Below, piece after piece: positions 9,309 through 18,462 of a stretch of 64,000 bases of DNA (its first letter is position 1; the number at the start of each line of letters is the position of its first letter). The stretch lies in NCBI GenBank assembly GCA_011364985.1, contig RDOC01000001.1:96001-160000 (forward strand), in the 5' to 3' direction. The DNA comes from Candidatus Thorarchaeota archaeon (GTDB lineage Archaea > Asgardarchaeota > Thorarchaeia > Thorarchaeales > Thorarchaeaceae). The notes below the pieces were generated by a model. The model made no database searches and was not told the DNA's origin. It worked only from the letters and a program-made list of their open reading frames with translations. Both the position numbers and the translations under genes were made by a program.

Positions 9309-10181
9309 TCAATTTGCAAATGAATTCTCGTCATTCGTGATTTGCTTGTCAAACGATGGTTCATTGGGAAGATTGTCAGACATCGGGCCAGGAACTTCAG
9401 GAGCAGAATCGGTCATCCTGCGAGGTATGGCCTTTCCATGTACCCAAATGGTATTGTCAGGAATGACCTTGTCTTTAGGTACAACGGTGTTCGCTCCAAT
9501 AATGACATTGTTACCAATGTCTGCCCCAGCAAGAATGACTGCGTTCGCACCTACAGTGACATTGTTACCTATTCGTACTGTGTTGATATACAGGCGATCA
9601 TCCTCGTAGACATGACCGCTTATTACAGCATCATATCCGAAGAAGCAGTTGTCCCCGATTACTGTTCGTTCCGGATTAAACAGGCGCCCATTTCCCACAA
9701 CAGTGTTGTAACCAATCTTTGCACCAAACCAAATATGTCTGGGCTTGACATCGAAGAAAACTGAAAAGAACCAAGCGAAATACGGAAAGACAATATAGTA
9801 GACTTCGTAGAACTCATACAGGAGCCACACCTCAGATTTCAACGAGTAGTAACCGTCTTCAAGGAAAGGAATCAGTCTGCGGGAGAGCCTGAAAGTGATT
9901 GCAAGAAGGGCTAGAAAGATGCCATAACAAACAAAGACAAGCGTGGGGAGAAACACTATGAACCAGAATCGCTCAAAGAGCACTATTGGAAAATAACCGC
10001 CAAGAAGGGCCTGAACGAGAGCTTTGATGTTCACAAAGGGCCAACCGATACCATCGATGAATGCATCAGTCTTGTCATAGGCGTCAACAACCAAGAAGAC
10101 TGTTGGAATTGCAGATATTGTGATGCTGACAAGTATTGAAATGGCCAAGTAGACGCCATAAACAATCGACCTGAGTTTCAT
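9309..10181 (-). CDS. Membrane protein with a hexapeptide-repeat (LbH) acyltransferase domain
   Basis: TM helices, then IGDNCFFG / IGNNVTVGANAVILAGADIGNNVIIGANTVV. Confidence 0.8.
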   Translation of the reverse strand: MKLRSIVYGVYLAISILVSITISAIPTVFLVVDAYDKTDAFIDGIGWPFVNIKALVQALLGGYFPIVLFERFWFIVFLPTLVFVCYGIFLALLAITFRLSRRLIPFLEDGYYSLKSEVWLLYEFYEVYYIVFPYFAWFFSVFFDVKPRHIWFGAKIGYNTVVGNGRLFNPERTVIGDNCFFGYDAVISGHVYEDDRLYINTVRIGNNVTVGANAVILAGADIGNNVIIGANTVVPKDKVIPDNTIWVHGKAIPRRMTDSAPEVPGPMSDNLPNEPSFDKQITNDENSFAN

Positions 10182-10338
10182 CCTAGTACCTTCTCATAAA
10201 TGAATTGCTTTGATTATATAGGATACCTATTTTAACCATAGCAATATAGCCATTAGAATTAGATTACGTTAGAGAAATAAATATAGACGGAACAAAAGGC
10301 ATGCAACCAATCAAAATGCCCCCTTGGAAGTCGTAAGA

Positions 10339-11568
10339 ATGGCACATGACCTCTTGATTGTTGGAACTGGCCCTGCCGGACTCATGACCGCAGAAAGAGC
10401 AGCTGAATATGGTCTGAATACACTTGTCCTTGAAAGAAGAAAGGCTGTGACAGACTCCCTAATGGGAGAACTAGTAACCATGAACGCACTTAAACTACTA
10501 AGAGTGAAACCAGGATCGGAGTACATTGGCAACAAGTACAAGGCAATCGTGGGAGAGAGTCTTGATACAGGAGCCAAAATCTCTGTGGGAGAGGGGCTCT
10601 TGGGCGACTCGTTTATTCTAGACGAGGACCGATGTCAAGAACTGATGAGAAACCGTGCTGAGGCGAATGGGACTGAATTTCGATACAAATCCAAGGTCGC
10701 CTCTGTCATCAAAGAGAGAGCGCAAGTGGTCGGTGTGAGGTACAACGGGGCAGATCAAGCCAGGGCCAATCTCACCGTGGGTGCAGATGGCTCATTTAGT
10801 CGGGTTTCTGAGACCGCTGGATTCACACATCCGAAGTGGCTTCTGTCATACGGTATTAGATGGAAGCTTGAGAACTGCAAGGGAGTAGATGCAGACACAG
10901 CATACTTCTATGTGGGCAAAGACATTGGATTAGGCTATCTATGGCTTTATCCACGCAGCGAATCAGAGGTCAACCTAGGAATCGGAAGGGTCCCATCCTC
11001 AAAGAAGAACTGGGAGAACCTGCCTTCACTTATCGATGTTCTTAAGAAATATAAAAAGATTCTACCTGGCTTGAGAAATTCGAAAATCGCCGCGCAAAAT
11101 GGAGGTGCGGTGCCTTGTGCAGGGCTAATTCCCAAATTCGCTGACGCAGGAGTTGCACTCGTAGGCAATGCTGCGGGACAAGTTTCCTCAATTGTGGGCG
11201 GAGGAGTGACAACCTGTTTCCATGCTGGCACCGTCCTAGCAAGGCATGCCAAGCGAGCCGTTGAAGAGAATGATTTCTCTAAGAACAGTTTGATGAAGTA
11301 TGAGAGGGAATACCGTCGCTCGAAATTGGCATGGAGTATTCAAAACACAGGAAAGGGCTTTTGGGCCATCTCAAAATACGCTAGATTCAACGATCCTATA
11401 AAAGCAGCTGAAACTGTACTGAGCCAACTAGATGCCAAAACTTTGAATGCACTTGTACAAGGTCAAGCAGGTGTTTCTGACATCATGACACTACTGAGGG
11501 ATTTTATGCCGATAGTATTGACAATTGGTAAGGGATACCTCAAGTCAATTGCTGTTAGTGGATTCTAA
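10339..11568 (+). CDS. Geranylgeranyl reductase family FAD oxidoreductase
   Basis: DLLIVGTGPAG, VGADGSFS, GYLWLYP, VGNAAGQVSSIVGGG. Confidence 0.88.
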   Translation: MAHDLLIVGTGPAGLMTAERAAEYGLNTLVLERRKAVTDSLMGELVTMNALKLLRVKPGSEYIGNKYKAIVGESLDTGAKISVGEGLLGDSFILDEDRCQELMRNRAEANGTEFRYKSKVASVIKERAQVVGVRYNGADQARANLTVGADGSFSRVSETAGFTHPKWLLSYGIRWKLENCKGVDADTAYFYVGKDIGLGYLWLYPRSESEVNLGIGRVPSSKKNWENLPSLIDVLKKYKKILPGLRNSKIAAQNGGAVPCAGLIPKFADAGVALVGNAAGQVSSIVGGGVTTCFHAGTVLARHAKRAVEENDFSKNSLMKYEREYRRSKLAWSIQNTGKGFWAISKYARFNDPIKAAETVLSQLDAKTLNALVQGQAGVSDIMTLLRDFMPIVLTIGKGYLKSIAVSGF

Positions 11569-11574
11569 GAAATA

Positions 11575-11735
11575 GTGGCCAAAGCAGGGTCAACCCCCCC
11601 GCACCCTGCTTCGCCACGGCGATCTCCACTGCTGCCCTGTAACATGCCCAAGTGGATAGTTATCTACCCACTTGGAGTTCCTGCGTTTGCCTTTGTAGGG
11701 AAAGGAGATTTCCCAGCCATGAAAAGCATGGCTTG
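11575..11735 (-). ncRNA. Candidate structured non-coding RNA (four hairpins)
   Basis: Hairpins at 11575-11617, 11648-11675, 11698-11714 and 11715-11733; mismatches become G-U pairs on the minus strand; minus-strand TATA-like element at 11756-11764. Confidence 0.45.
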
Positions 11736-11742
11736 TAAGACA

Positions 11743-11764
11743 TTATATAAGTTCCTTTTATAAA
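11743..11764. promoter_or_regulatory. Back-to-back TATA boxes (TTATATAA and TTTTATAAA)
   Basis: Spacing fits a leaderless transcript of the 11772 gene and a divergent RNA starting near 11735. Confidence 0.5.
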
Positions 11765-11771
11765 CAGAACT

Positions 11772-12890
11772 ATGTCCACAAGTTGGCCATTTAGCTGGGA
11801 ATTTGATAAATTTCGACACTTAGCAGAGGGAAATGACGTGAAATATGAAAACGATGTGATAAAGGCCCTGCAAACGCTGCAACTTGTTACGGAAGAAGGG
11901 AAGGAATCACGGGATATGCTCATTTTAGAAACCATATTAAGAATGCAGAAGGAACCACCAGTTCATTTTTCCTTCTCTGAAATATTCAGTGCGCTTAAAG
12001 TGCATCACCCCTCTGCCAAGCTGAAGAAACCTGCCGTTCATAAGTCACTGCAGTGGCTGCTCGAGAACCAGCTTGTGCGGCTTGAAAGCTCAATAAAGTA
12101 TCGCAAGAAGTACCTTGCTGACGCCAATACGCTGATGGCAGGACTCGAGAATCTCAAGATGCGTCTGAGCAAGGAGCTTCAAACCAAGAAAAGGCAAACG
12201 GAGAAAGCTCTGAAGTTGGTCGAATCGTGCAATTGCTCTGAGCTTTCGCAGAGAATAATGACAGCGATCACTGGGAGGAGAGCATCCCCGAACTCACGAT
12301 TCATGAGAGGAATGGAGGAGTTTGAGAGAGTCACAGACTCTACAATTTATGATAGAGCAACAGAAGGAGATGTAATAAGAAACTCTCTGCTTTGGATAGG
12401 TCCATTCACTGAAGGGGCCACTGAACGCTTCGGAAGAGTTGTAGAAGCGGCAAAAAAAGGAGCAGAAGTCAGATATGCTTCTCATCCTGATCTCCTATTG
12501 CAAAGTGATAAACTGAAGAAGGACGTTTCTTCCGATTGGATTCAACATACCCTTGCAGATTTCATTGCAGTTAGGGCGGAGGGAAAGCTCATTGATTTGC
12601 GAATTATCGATGTAGACAAGAAAGGATACCAATTTGCAGCTCTGAACAACGAAGTCATGGCGTTCTTCATTTCAGAGGACCCCATCACAGCGGCATGGGT
12701 CACGCGGGAATTCAATCCAGACCTAATTGACAATGCAATTGCTGACTTTGATAAACGCTGGGAACAAGGAATCTCGATTTTTGAGATTACAGAAGAGAAA
12801 TTGAGATCAATGCGTATTAATCCGAAGGGACATCTTCAAGCTGTGGTGTTGAAAGGTCTGAAGAAGAGAAAGAGTGGAGAGGGAGAATGA
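11772..12890 (+). CDS. TrmB-like regulator (winged helix, coiled coil, PLD-like effector domain), copy 1
   Basis: FSEIFSAL..LKKPAVHKSLQWLLENQLVR; C-terminal NPDLIDNAIADFDKRWEQG. Confidence 0.7.
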   Translation: MSTSWPFSWEFDKFRHLAEGNDVKYENDVIKALQTLQLVTEEGKESRDMLILETILRMQKEPPVHFSFSEIFSALKVHHPSAKLKKPAVHKSLQWLLENQLVRLESSIKYRKKYLADANTLMAGLENLKMRLSKELQTKKRQTEKALKLVESCNCSELSQRIMTAITGRRASPNSRFMRGMEEFERVTDSTIYDRATEGDVIRNSLLWIGPFTEGATERFGRVVEAAKKGAEVRYASHPDLLLQSDKLKKDVSSDWIQHTLADFIAVRAEGKLIDLRIIDVDKKGYQFAALNNEVMAFFISEDPITAAWVTREFNPDLIDNAIADFDKRWEQGISIFEITEEKLRSMRINPKGHLQAVVLKGLKKRKSGEGE

Positions 12891-13801
12891 CGTATCAATC
12901 GCTTGAAGAGATACTGGAGCTTCTCGGGATGGACGTAGCCTCAAAACCAGTTGACATTTTGAGAGCTCTTCTTAATGCCCAGTCTGAATTGGGTGTCTTT
13001 CTAGAATTCTCTGATATAAGAACCGAGTTAGAGTCACTAGTTGACGGAAAAAGCTTAGACCGTTCTTTGGTTCATCGTCAGCTCAAGTCATTAATAGAAG
13101 AAGGCTATGTTCGTGTTGATAATAGTGGATATCGGCATAGATACATGACGAACATTAGCACACTGGCCAACGTTCTTGAGAAGAAGATCTCTGAATATCG
13201 TATCTTCTTGAAAGAGGAGATCGACAGAATCGATAAGGATTTGTATCTTCTCGACCAGACAGACGCATCGGACCTTGGGAAATCGCTCATCGAGTTGATG
13301 AGTGGAATGAAGTCGGAAGAACGCCCTCATTTTGCATCAGGACTTGATGGATTACTCCGACTTGTTAAAGGAGAGGTTCAATCTAAGGCAAGAAGAGGGG
13401 AGACTATCAAGGCAACTGCTGACTGGCTAAACACTGAGGCAGATCTTAAACCAGAACAGGTTGCCTGGATTTCTGACCTCGCTACCCGGGGCGTGAAGAT
13501 GAAAGTATTAGGGCAGTTCAGATCAGCAAAAGAAGCCCAGAAGAGAGTGAGGAAGCTGTATGATATAATGCAAATTCTAGGACTTGATATAGAATACAGA
13601 ATTCGCCCTTTGAAGAAGGCGACATATCAATTCGTTGGCTTCAAGAGAATAGGGATTGTACTTGTTGTATCAGAGAACCCTCTCGCATCAACTTGGATTC
13701 CGAAGCAGAGCAATCCTCTGCTTATTAACCATGCCATCGAAACCTTTGACAGGGACTTCGAAGCTGCCGAGCCAATAATCTTTGATGACTATCATGTATA
13801 G
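12887..13801 (+). CDS. TrmB-like regulator, copy 2
   Basis: FSDIRTEL..LDRSLVHRQLKSLIEEGYVR; NPLLINHAIETFDRDFE; ATGA overlap with copy 1. Confidence 0.7.
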   Translation: MTYQSLEEILELLGMDVASKPVDILRALLNAQSELGVFLEFSDIRTELESLVDGKSLDRSLVHRQLKSLIEEGYVRVDNSGYRHRYMTNISTLANVLEKKISEYRIFLKEEIDRIDKDLYLLDQTDASDLGKSLIELMSGMKSEERPHFASGLDGLLRLVKGEVQSKARRGETIKATADWLNTEADLKPEQVAWISDLATRGVKMKVLGQFRSAKEAQKRVRKLYDIMQILGLDIEYRIRPLKKATYQFVGFKRIGIVLVVSENPLASTWIPKQSNPLLINHAIETFDRDFEAAEPIIFDDYHV

Positions 13802-14774
13802 GTGGGAGAAGATGAGAATCCAAGAAAAAATGGAGACGCTCAGACGAGTAGGCATCAATCTCCTTGATTTTGAGATTGAATTGATTGGGTGTCTGTATCA
13901 GATTGGGGAAGGCTTCTCCAGCTGGGCCACTGCGACAGAGATTTGGCAACAGCTAACAAGCAGATCTGCAAAACCAAAGCAGATCTCTAAAGCATGGGTA
14001 TATCGAGGGCTCAGCGAACTCGTAGAAAGAGGATTCATTCAGGTGGACCGAATAAATCGACCAATCAAGTTCATGATGACATCGGACACCCTAGTACAAG
14101 GAATTGAGCGAAAGAAGTCTGAGAAGAAGGAAGAGCTACTTGAAATGAGAAGAGTGCTTTCGAAGAGAGTCGATTCATTTGCTAGGATTGACGCTAAAGA
14201 ATTGGCCACAGACCTGATGAATTACCTGAAAGGAGAAGGGATGGCCGCAAAATCGGGAGTCATTGAAGGCATTGATAATGTTAGGGCTGTAATAGATCAA
14301 GAAATCGTTGGCAGAGCCCAAGCGGGAGACAAGATTTGGATAATCAATCCGATCTCTATACTGCAATTCGCTCAAATGAATAGCCCTACATATCGCAAGA
14401 TCTTTGAGGCTACAGATCGCGACGTCAATATCAGAGGCTTGCTAATTCTCACAGGAGAGGAAGAAACAACGAACCTCCCAAGAATAGACGTGCATATGAC
14501 GAACACCATGAAGTTGTTTTTAGAGAGCATGCAACAAATGAGTATTGAGATTAGAGTCCTCCCTTCACAGGTCCGAACCTATAGAATGCTAGGTTTGAAC
14601 AAGGAACGAATAATGCTGTACCTAAGTGATGTGGCTCAAGCTGACATTGCAGCGCTTATTCGTTACGAAGACAATCCATCCTTCGTGGAGGACGCAGCCA
14701 GTTCCTTCGAAAGACTATGGGAACAGGGGCAGAACTTTCTTGCCCGCATGACGGAATTAGTTTCGGAATCATGA
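13782..14774 (+). CDS. TrmB-like regulator, copy 3
   Basis: ATEIWQQL..ISKAWVYRGLSELVERGFIQ..RPIKF; NPSFVEDAASSFERLWEQG; exact start uncertain. Confidence 0.72.
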   Translation: MMTIMYRWEKMRIQEKMETLRRVGINLLDFEIELIGCLYQIGEGFSSWATATEIWQQLTSRSAKPKQISKAWVYRGLSELVERGFIQVDRINRPIKFMMTSDTLVQGIERKKSEKKEELLEMRRVLSKRVDSFARIDAKELATDLMNYLKGEGMAAKSGVIEGIDNVRAVIDQEIVGRAQAGDKIWIINPISILQFAQMNSPTYRKIFEATDRDVNIRGLLILTGEEETTNLPRIDVHMTNTMKLFLESMQQMSIEIRVLPSQVRTYRMLGLNKERIMLYLSDVAQADIAALIRYEDNPSFVEDAASSFERLWEQGQNFLARMTELVSES

Positions 14775-14791
14775 GTAGATGTCAGAAATCC

Positions 14792-15856
14792 TTAGTTTAC
14801 AATCCAGTCCTGGCTCTTTGAGAGCATCAGAAAGATGTCATCGCATGCCGCTTCAAAGTCATCATATAGACCGTATTCTCCTCCAGCAGCATATACATGT
14901 CCCCCTCCACTGAAAAGCTTGGCTGCAGCATCACAAAGGATAGAATTACTGCCGCGCCTGATTCCTAGTAGTCCGCCTTGGCTAATAGTTATCAGAAGGT
15001 CTGCGACCTCCAGATTCTGGCCTTGAATCTGCAAGTTCTCAGCATCAGTCAAATAGGTGCCAATATCAGTAGTTGTAACGCCACTTGGAATTTCTACAAC
15101 ACGAACAAGTTTTCCATGAATCCTCTGATCACAATGTCCAGACAGTGCCTTCCTCATGCGCTTAAGACGCTCCTTGCGATATTGATGGACTTGTCTGTCC
15201 AGAAGTTCGTTTCTGAATCGCTTCGTAGAATCATTCCAGACTCCAGCAATACCATCCTCTGCCAGACTCTTGAGAAGAGGAAGAAGGGCTTCAGTGACAT
15301 CTTCCTTTCTTGCAATGGAGTTGAATCTGCTGATGGACACTGCATCAGTCAAAGCAATAGCGGCATCTATCTGTCGCAGATTGAAGTCGGTGTCATGGGC
15401 AATTGAGGCAAGTTCCTCACATATCTTGTCCCTTGGCATGAGAACCTTGTAGGCGATCTCCGCCGCGCAATAGTTGTGATTGATTCTCAGAATCGGTTTG
15501 TTTCCGAGAGACAAGATGGACTTGACAGCTCGAGGAGACCATTGATGATGGTCAAGCCAGACCACACGGCAGCCTTGCTGAATTGCACGTGATAATCCAG
15601 TTTGGGCCAATTCCACGGTAGTTTCGTCCATGCCCAAATCAGTAATAACGATCAGGGTATTTCGCCTTGATGATACGCTTGAAAACACCTGTTCGAACGA
15701 ACCATAATCAGTGAGCTCAACGTCGTATTCAAGGGTCTTTGATTTGGCATATCTCCATACAATCGCTGATGAAGCTATGCCATCAACGTCTTTGTCATGG
15801 GAAATCGAGAGCAAGGATGCTATTCTGTCCTTGGTGCTCTTTGGCTCAGAGGTCAT
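14792..15856 (-). CDS. DHH/DHHA1 family phosphoesterase
   Basis: SHDKDVDG, ITDLG, WLDHH, GGGHVYAAG. Confidence 0.88.
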   Translation of the reverse strand: MTSEPKSTKDRIASLLSISHDKDVDGIASSAIVWRYAKSKTLEYDVELTDYGSFEQVFSSVSSRRNTLIVITDLGMDETTVELAQTGLSRAIQQGCRVVWLDHHQWSPRAVKSILSLGNKPILRINHNYCAAEIAYKVLMPRDKICEELASIAHDTDFNLRQIDAAIALTDAVSISRFNSIARKEDVTEALLPLLKSLAEDGIAGVWNDSTKRFRNELLDRQVHQYRKERLKRMRKALSGHCDQRIHGKLVRVVEIPSGVTTTDIGTYLTDAENLQIQGQNLEVADLLITISQGGLLGIRRGSNSILCDAAAKLFSGGGHVYAAGGEYGLYDDFEAACDDIFLMLSKSQDWIVN

Positions 15857-15967
15857 AGCGCATTCGTACTTTAACCCAAAAGAACCCTTTTTTTTCTTTC
15901 TTTGCTGCACCAAGAAAAACATGCATGTCGGAAGTGTTTTCTGATGCAATTACATCGGTGATGTGGA

Positions 15968-17860
15968 ATGATGATAATGGAATCCAGTTCCGGGTCCAAG
16001 GTTCTAATGAGTGGGAACGAGGCAATAGCCCGTGGAGCACTTGAAGCGGGGATTTGTTTTTGCGCGTCCTATCCTGGTACTCCCTCAACGGAGATTGCTG
16101 CTGCTTTGATGAAGTCCTCACAGAACCATGATATCTATGTGGAGTGGAGTGTGAACGAAAAGGTTGCACTTGAGGCCTGTGTGGCAGCAAGCTGGGCAGG
16201 AATTCCCGCCTTATGTTCAATGAAATCATTGGGTTTGAATGTAGCAGCAGACTTTCTTTTGAATGTTAATCTCTCAGGAACAGGTGCCGGAGGTGTTGTA
16301 CTTGTTGTTTGTGATGATCCAAGAGGGCACAGCTCCAGTAACGAGCAGGACTCAAGATTCTACGCCAAGGCGGCCTATCTGCCACTTCTGGAGCCAAGTA
16401 CATGCCAACAAGCTAAGGATGTCATCTCAATAGCTCTTGCCCTCTCACAGAAGCATAGGATCCCGGTAATCGTCAGAAGCACAACCCGATTAAGCCATTC
16501 TCGCTCAGTGGTTAAACTCAGAGAGATTGCCTCAGCCACATGTACTACATCAGAAGAACTGGCTAATGCGCCATATAATGTACCAAATCCGCATCTGAAA
16601 CACCAAGAGCTTGGGATGAAACTCAAGGAGATAGCACAAGATTTCGAGAAGTCCAAACTCAATTCTGTTTCAGGAGGAGAAAATACAGACACACTCATTA
16701 TTGCGAGTGGTGTTGCTTTTCGTTATACTAAGGAAGCTGTTGACCTTCTCAACATTCCTTCTGTACAGATAGTTAATCTACTCACATCACATCCCCTTCC
16801 TCAGAAGGATGTAGTAGACTGGATTAAGAATCGGCAGAAGGTGTTATTTGTTGAGGAAGTTGATCCTTTCATTGAGGATGGGGTGTTGGCTATCGCCGCC
16901 GAGCTACACTTGGACGAAATACCGACATTCTCAGGAAAGAGAAATGGTGTAGTTCCGTTCTTCGGAGAACTTGACACAAATACTGTCATGGATGCGTTGC
17001 GGTCCATTCAGGGAATTCCCCAGAAACATCAGGACGAACAGGATCTGAACACACTCAAATTGGCAAGACAGATGCTGATTCCAAGACGTTTGACCTTTTG
17101 TGCTGGGTGCACTCACCGGAATGTATACTGGGCTCTTGGGAGAGTGAAGAGGCGAATCAAAGAAGGATTGATTGTCACAGGGGATATCGGTTGCTATTCC
17201 TTGGGTGTGTTTTACAACGAGGCGATGAACACAATGCAGGCAATGGGCTCAGGAATTGGTACAGCCAGCGGTCTAGGGCAACTAGAACGGTTCGGTCTGA
17301 AGCAGAAGGTGGTGACGGTTGCCGGAGACTCGACTTTTTTCCATGCTTGCTTGCCAGGGCTCGTAAATGCCAAACACAAGAACGCAAACATGACATTTCT
17401 GATTCTTGATAACTCAACGACTGCAATGACGGGATTCCAACCTAATCCTGGCACTTCCAAGCAAAGGCTAGGTAACACTGTTGTCAGCATAGAAAGCATC
17501 GTAAGAGCAATTGAACCGTCGCATTTTGAAATCATAAATGCAGTAGATATTGACGCTATGATTGAAACGATTCACAAGGCAGTAGAGATAGATGGTCTGA
17601 AAGTCATTCTAGTCAACAGCGTCTGCAGACTAGAGGAGCAACGGCTAGGGAAAACCCATGAGGAGTTTTCACGTGTTGTCGTTGATATCAACTTGTGCAA
17701 GGGAGAGAACTGCAGAATATGCACCGACCAATTTTCCTGTCTGGCAATAGGATGGAATGAGAACCTCAAGAAGGCGGAGGTCATTGAGAACTTGTGCATT
17801 CGTTGCGGTGCCTGTATCCCAGTGTGTCCACATGACGCAATTAAGGGGGCAGAACCATGA
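15968..17860 (+). CDS. iorA: Indolepyruvate:ferredoxin oxidoreductase alpha subunit
   Basis: SGNEAIARG, YPGTPSTEI, NEKVALE, FCAGC.H, GDIGCY, GDSTFFH, C-terminal ferredoxin. Confidence 0.93.
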   Translation: MMIMESSSGSKVLMSGNEAIARGALEAGICFCASYPGTPSTEIAAALMKSSQNHDIYVEWSVNEKVALEACVAASWAGIPALCSMKSLGLNVAADFLLNVNLSGTGAGGVVLVVCDDPRGHSSSNEQDSRFYAKAAYLPLLEPSTCQQAKDVISIALALSQKHRIPVIVRSTTRLSHSRSVVKLREIASATCTTSEELANAPYNVPNPHLKHQELGMKLKEIAQDFEKSKLNSVSGGENTDTLIIASGVAFRYTKEAVDLLNIPSVQIVNLLTSHPLPQKDVVDWIKNRQKVLFVEEVDPFIEDGVLAIAAELHLDEIPTFSGKRNGVVPFFGELDTNTVMDALRSIQGIPQKHQDEQDLNTLKLARQMLIPRRLTFCAGCTHRNVYWALGRVKRRIKEGLIVTGDIGCYSLGVFYNEAMNTMQAMGSGIGTASGLGQLERFGLKQKVVTVAGDSTFFHACLPGLVNAKHKNANMTFLILDNSTTAMTGFQPNPGTSKQRLGNTVVSIESIVRAIEPSHFEIINAVDIDAMIETIHKAVEIDGLKVILVNSVCRLEEQRLGKTHEEFSRVVVDINLCKGENCRICTDQFSCLAIGWNENLKKAEVIENLCIRCGACIPVCPHDAIKGAEP

Positions 17861-18462
17861 AGAACCAGTACAATATTCTAATCGCTGGAGTGGGAGGACA
17901 GGGAAACCTAGTGTGTGGGTGTGTCCTAGCAGAGGCGGCCCTTCAGCAAGGGCTCACTCCCACCACTGGAGAAACTTTCGGAGCCTCTCGGCGTGGTGGC
18001 ACAGTCCTGACACATCTGCGTCTAGACGCGGATGATTTGGGACCCCTAATCCCGCGAGAACAACTTGACCTGTTGCTGGGACTAGAACCGCTAGAGTCCC
18101 TTAGAGCTGCAGTTGATCTAGCCACATCACGTACCACAGCAATAATCAGCATGACCAAGATTGAAACCCCAGAGTCAATTGCAGGCAAAGTGAAGTATCC
18201 AGAGATTACAGAGATTAAGAGATCTCTTCGAGCCATTTGCGGAAAGGTCTATTCTCTCGATCCCGGCCGAATCTTTGCTGAGACAGGCACAAGACGTGCA
18301 CTGAATGCATACATGCTTGGTGCGATGGTCACCAGTGGAGTGACCTCGCTCACTGAGGAGCACATCCTAAGGGCGATTCAAACGACCTTGAAAGAATGGG
18401 ATCTCAATCGTGTTGCTTTTGAGGCCGGTAAGAAGGACTTCAGGAGCTTGGTAGACCTCTAA
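17857..18462 (+). CDS. iorB: Indolepyruvate:ferredoxin oxidoreductase beta subunit
   Basis: GVGGQG, GASRRGGTVLTH, LEPLESLR; coupled to iorA. Confidence 0.9.
   Translation: MKNQYNILIAGVGGQGNLVCGCVLAEAALQQGLTPTTGETFGASRRGGTVLTHLRLDADDLGPLIPREQLDLLLGLEPLESLRAAVDLATSRTTAIISMTKIETPESIAGKVKYPEITEIKRSLRAICGKVYSLDPGRIFAETGTRRALNAYMLGAMVTSGVTSLTEEHILRAIQTTLKEWDLNRVAFEAGKKDFRSLVDL

Noticed and set aside
11575-11695. Superficial resemblance of the + strand to 5S rRNA (GGCCAnAGC..CCCGnACCC..CACGG spacing)
   Set aside because: Lacks the invariant CCGAAC and loop-E motifs, helix IV does not pair, and there is no room for a promoter; G-U polarity favours the minus strand. A cmsearch with RF00001 would settle it.
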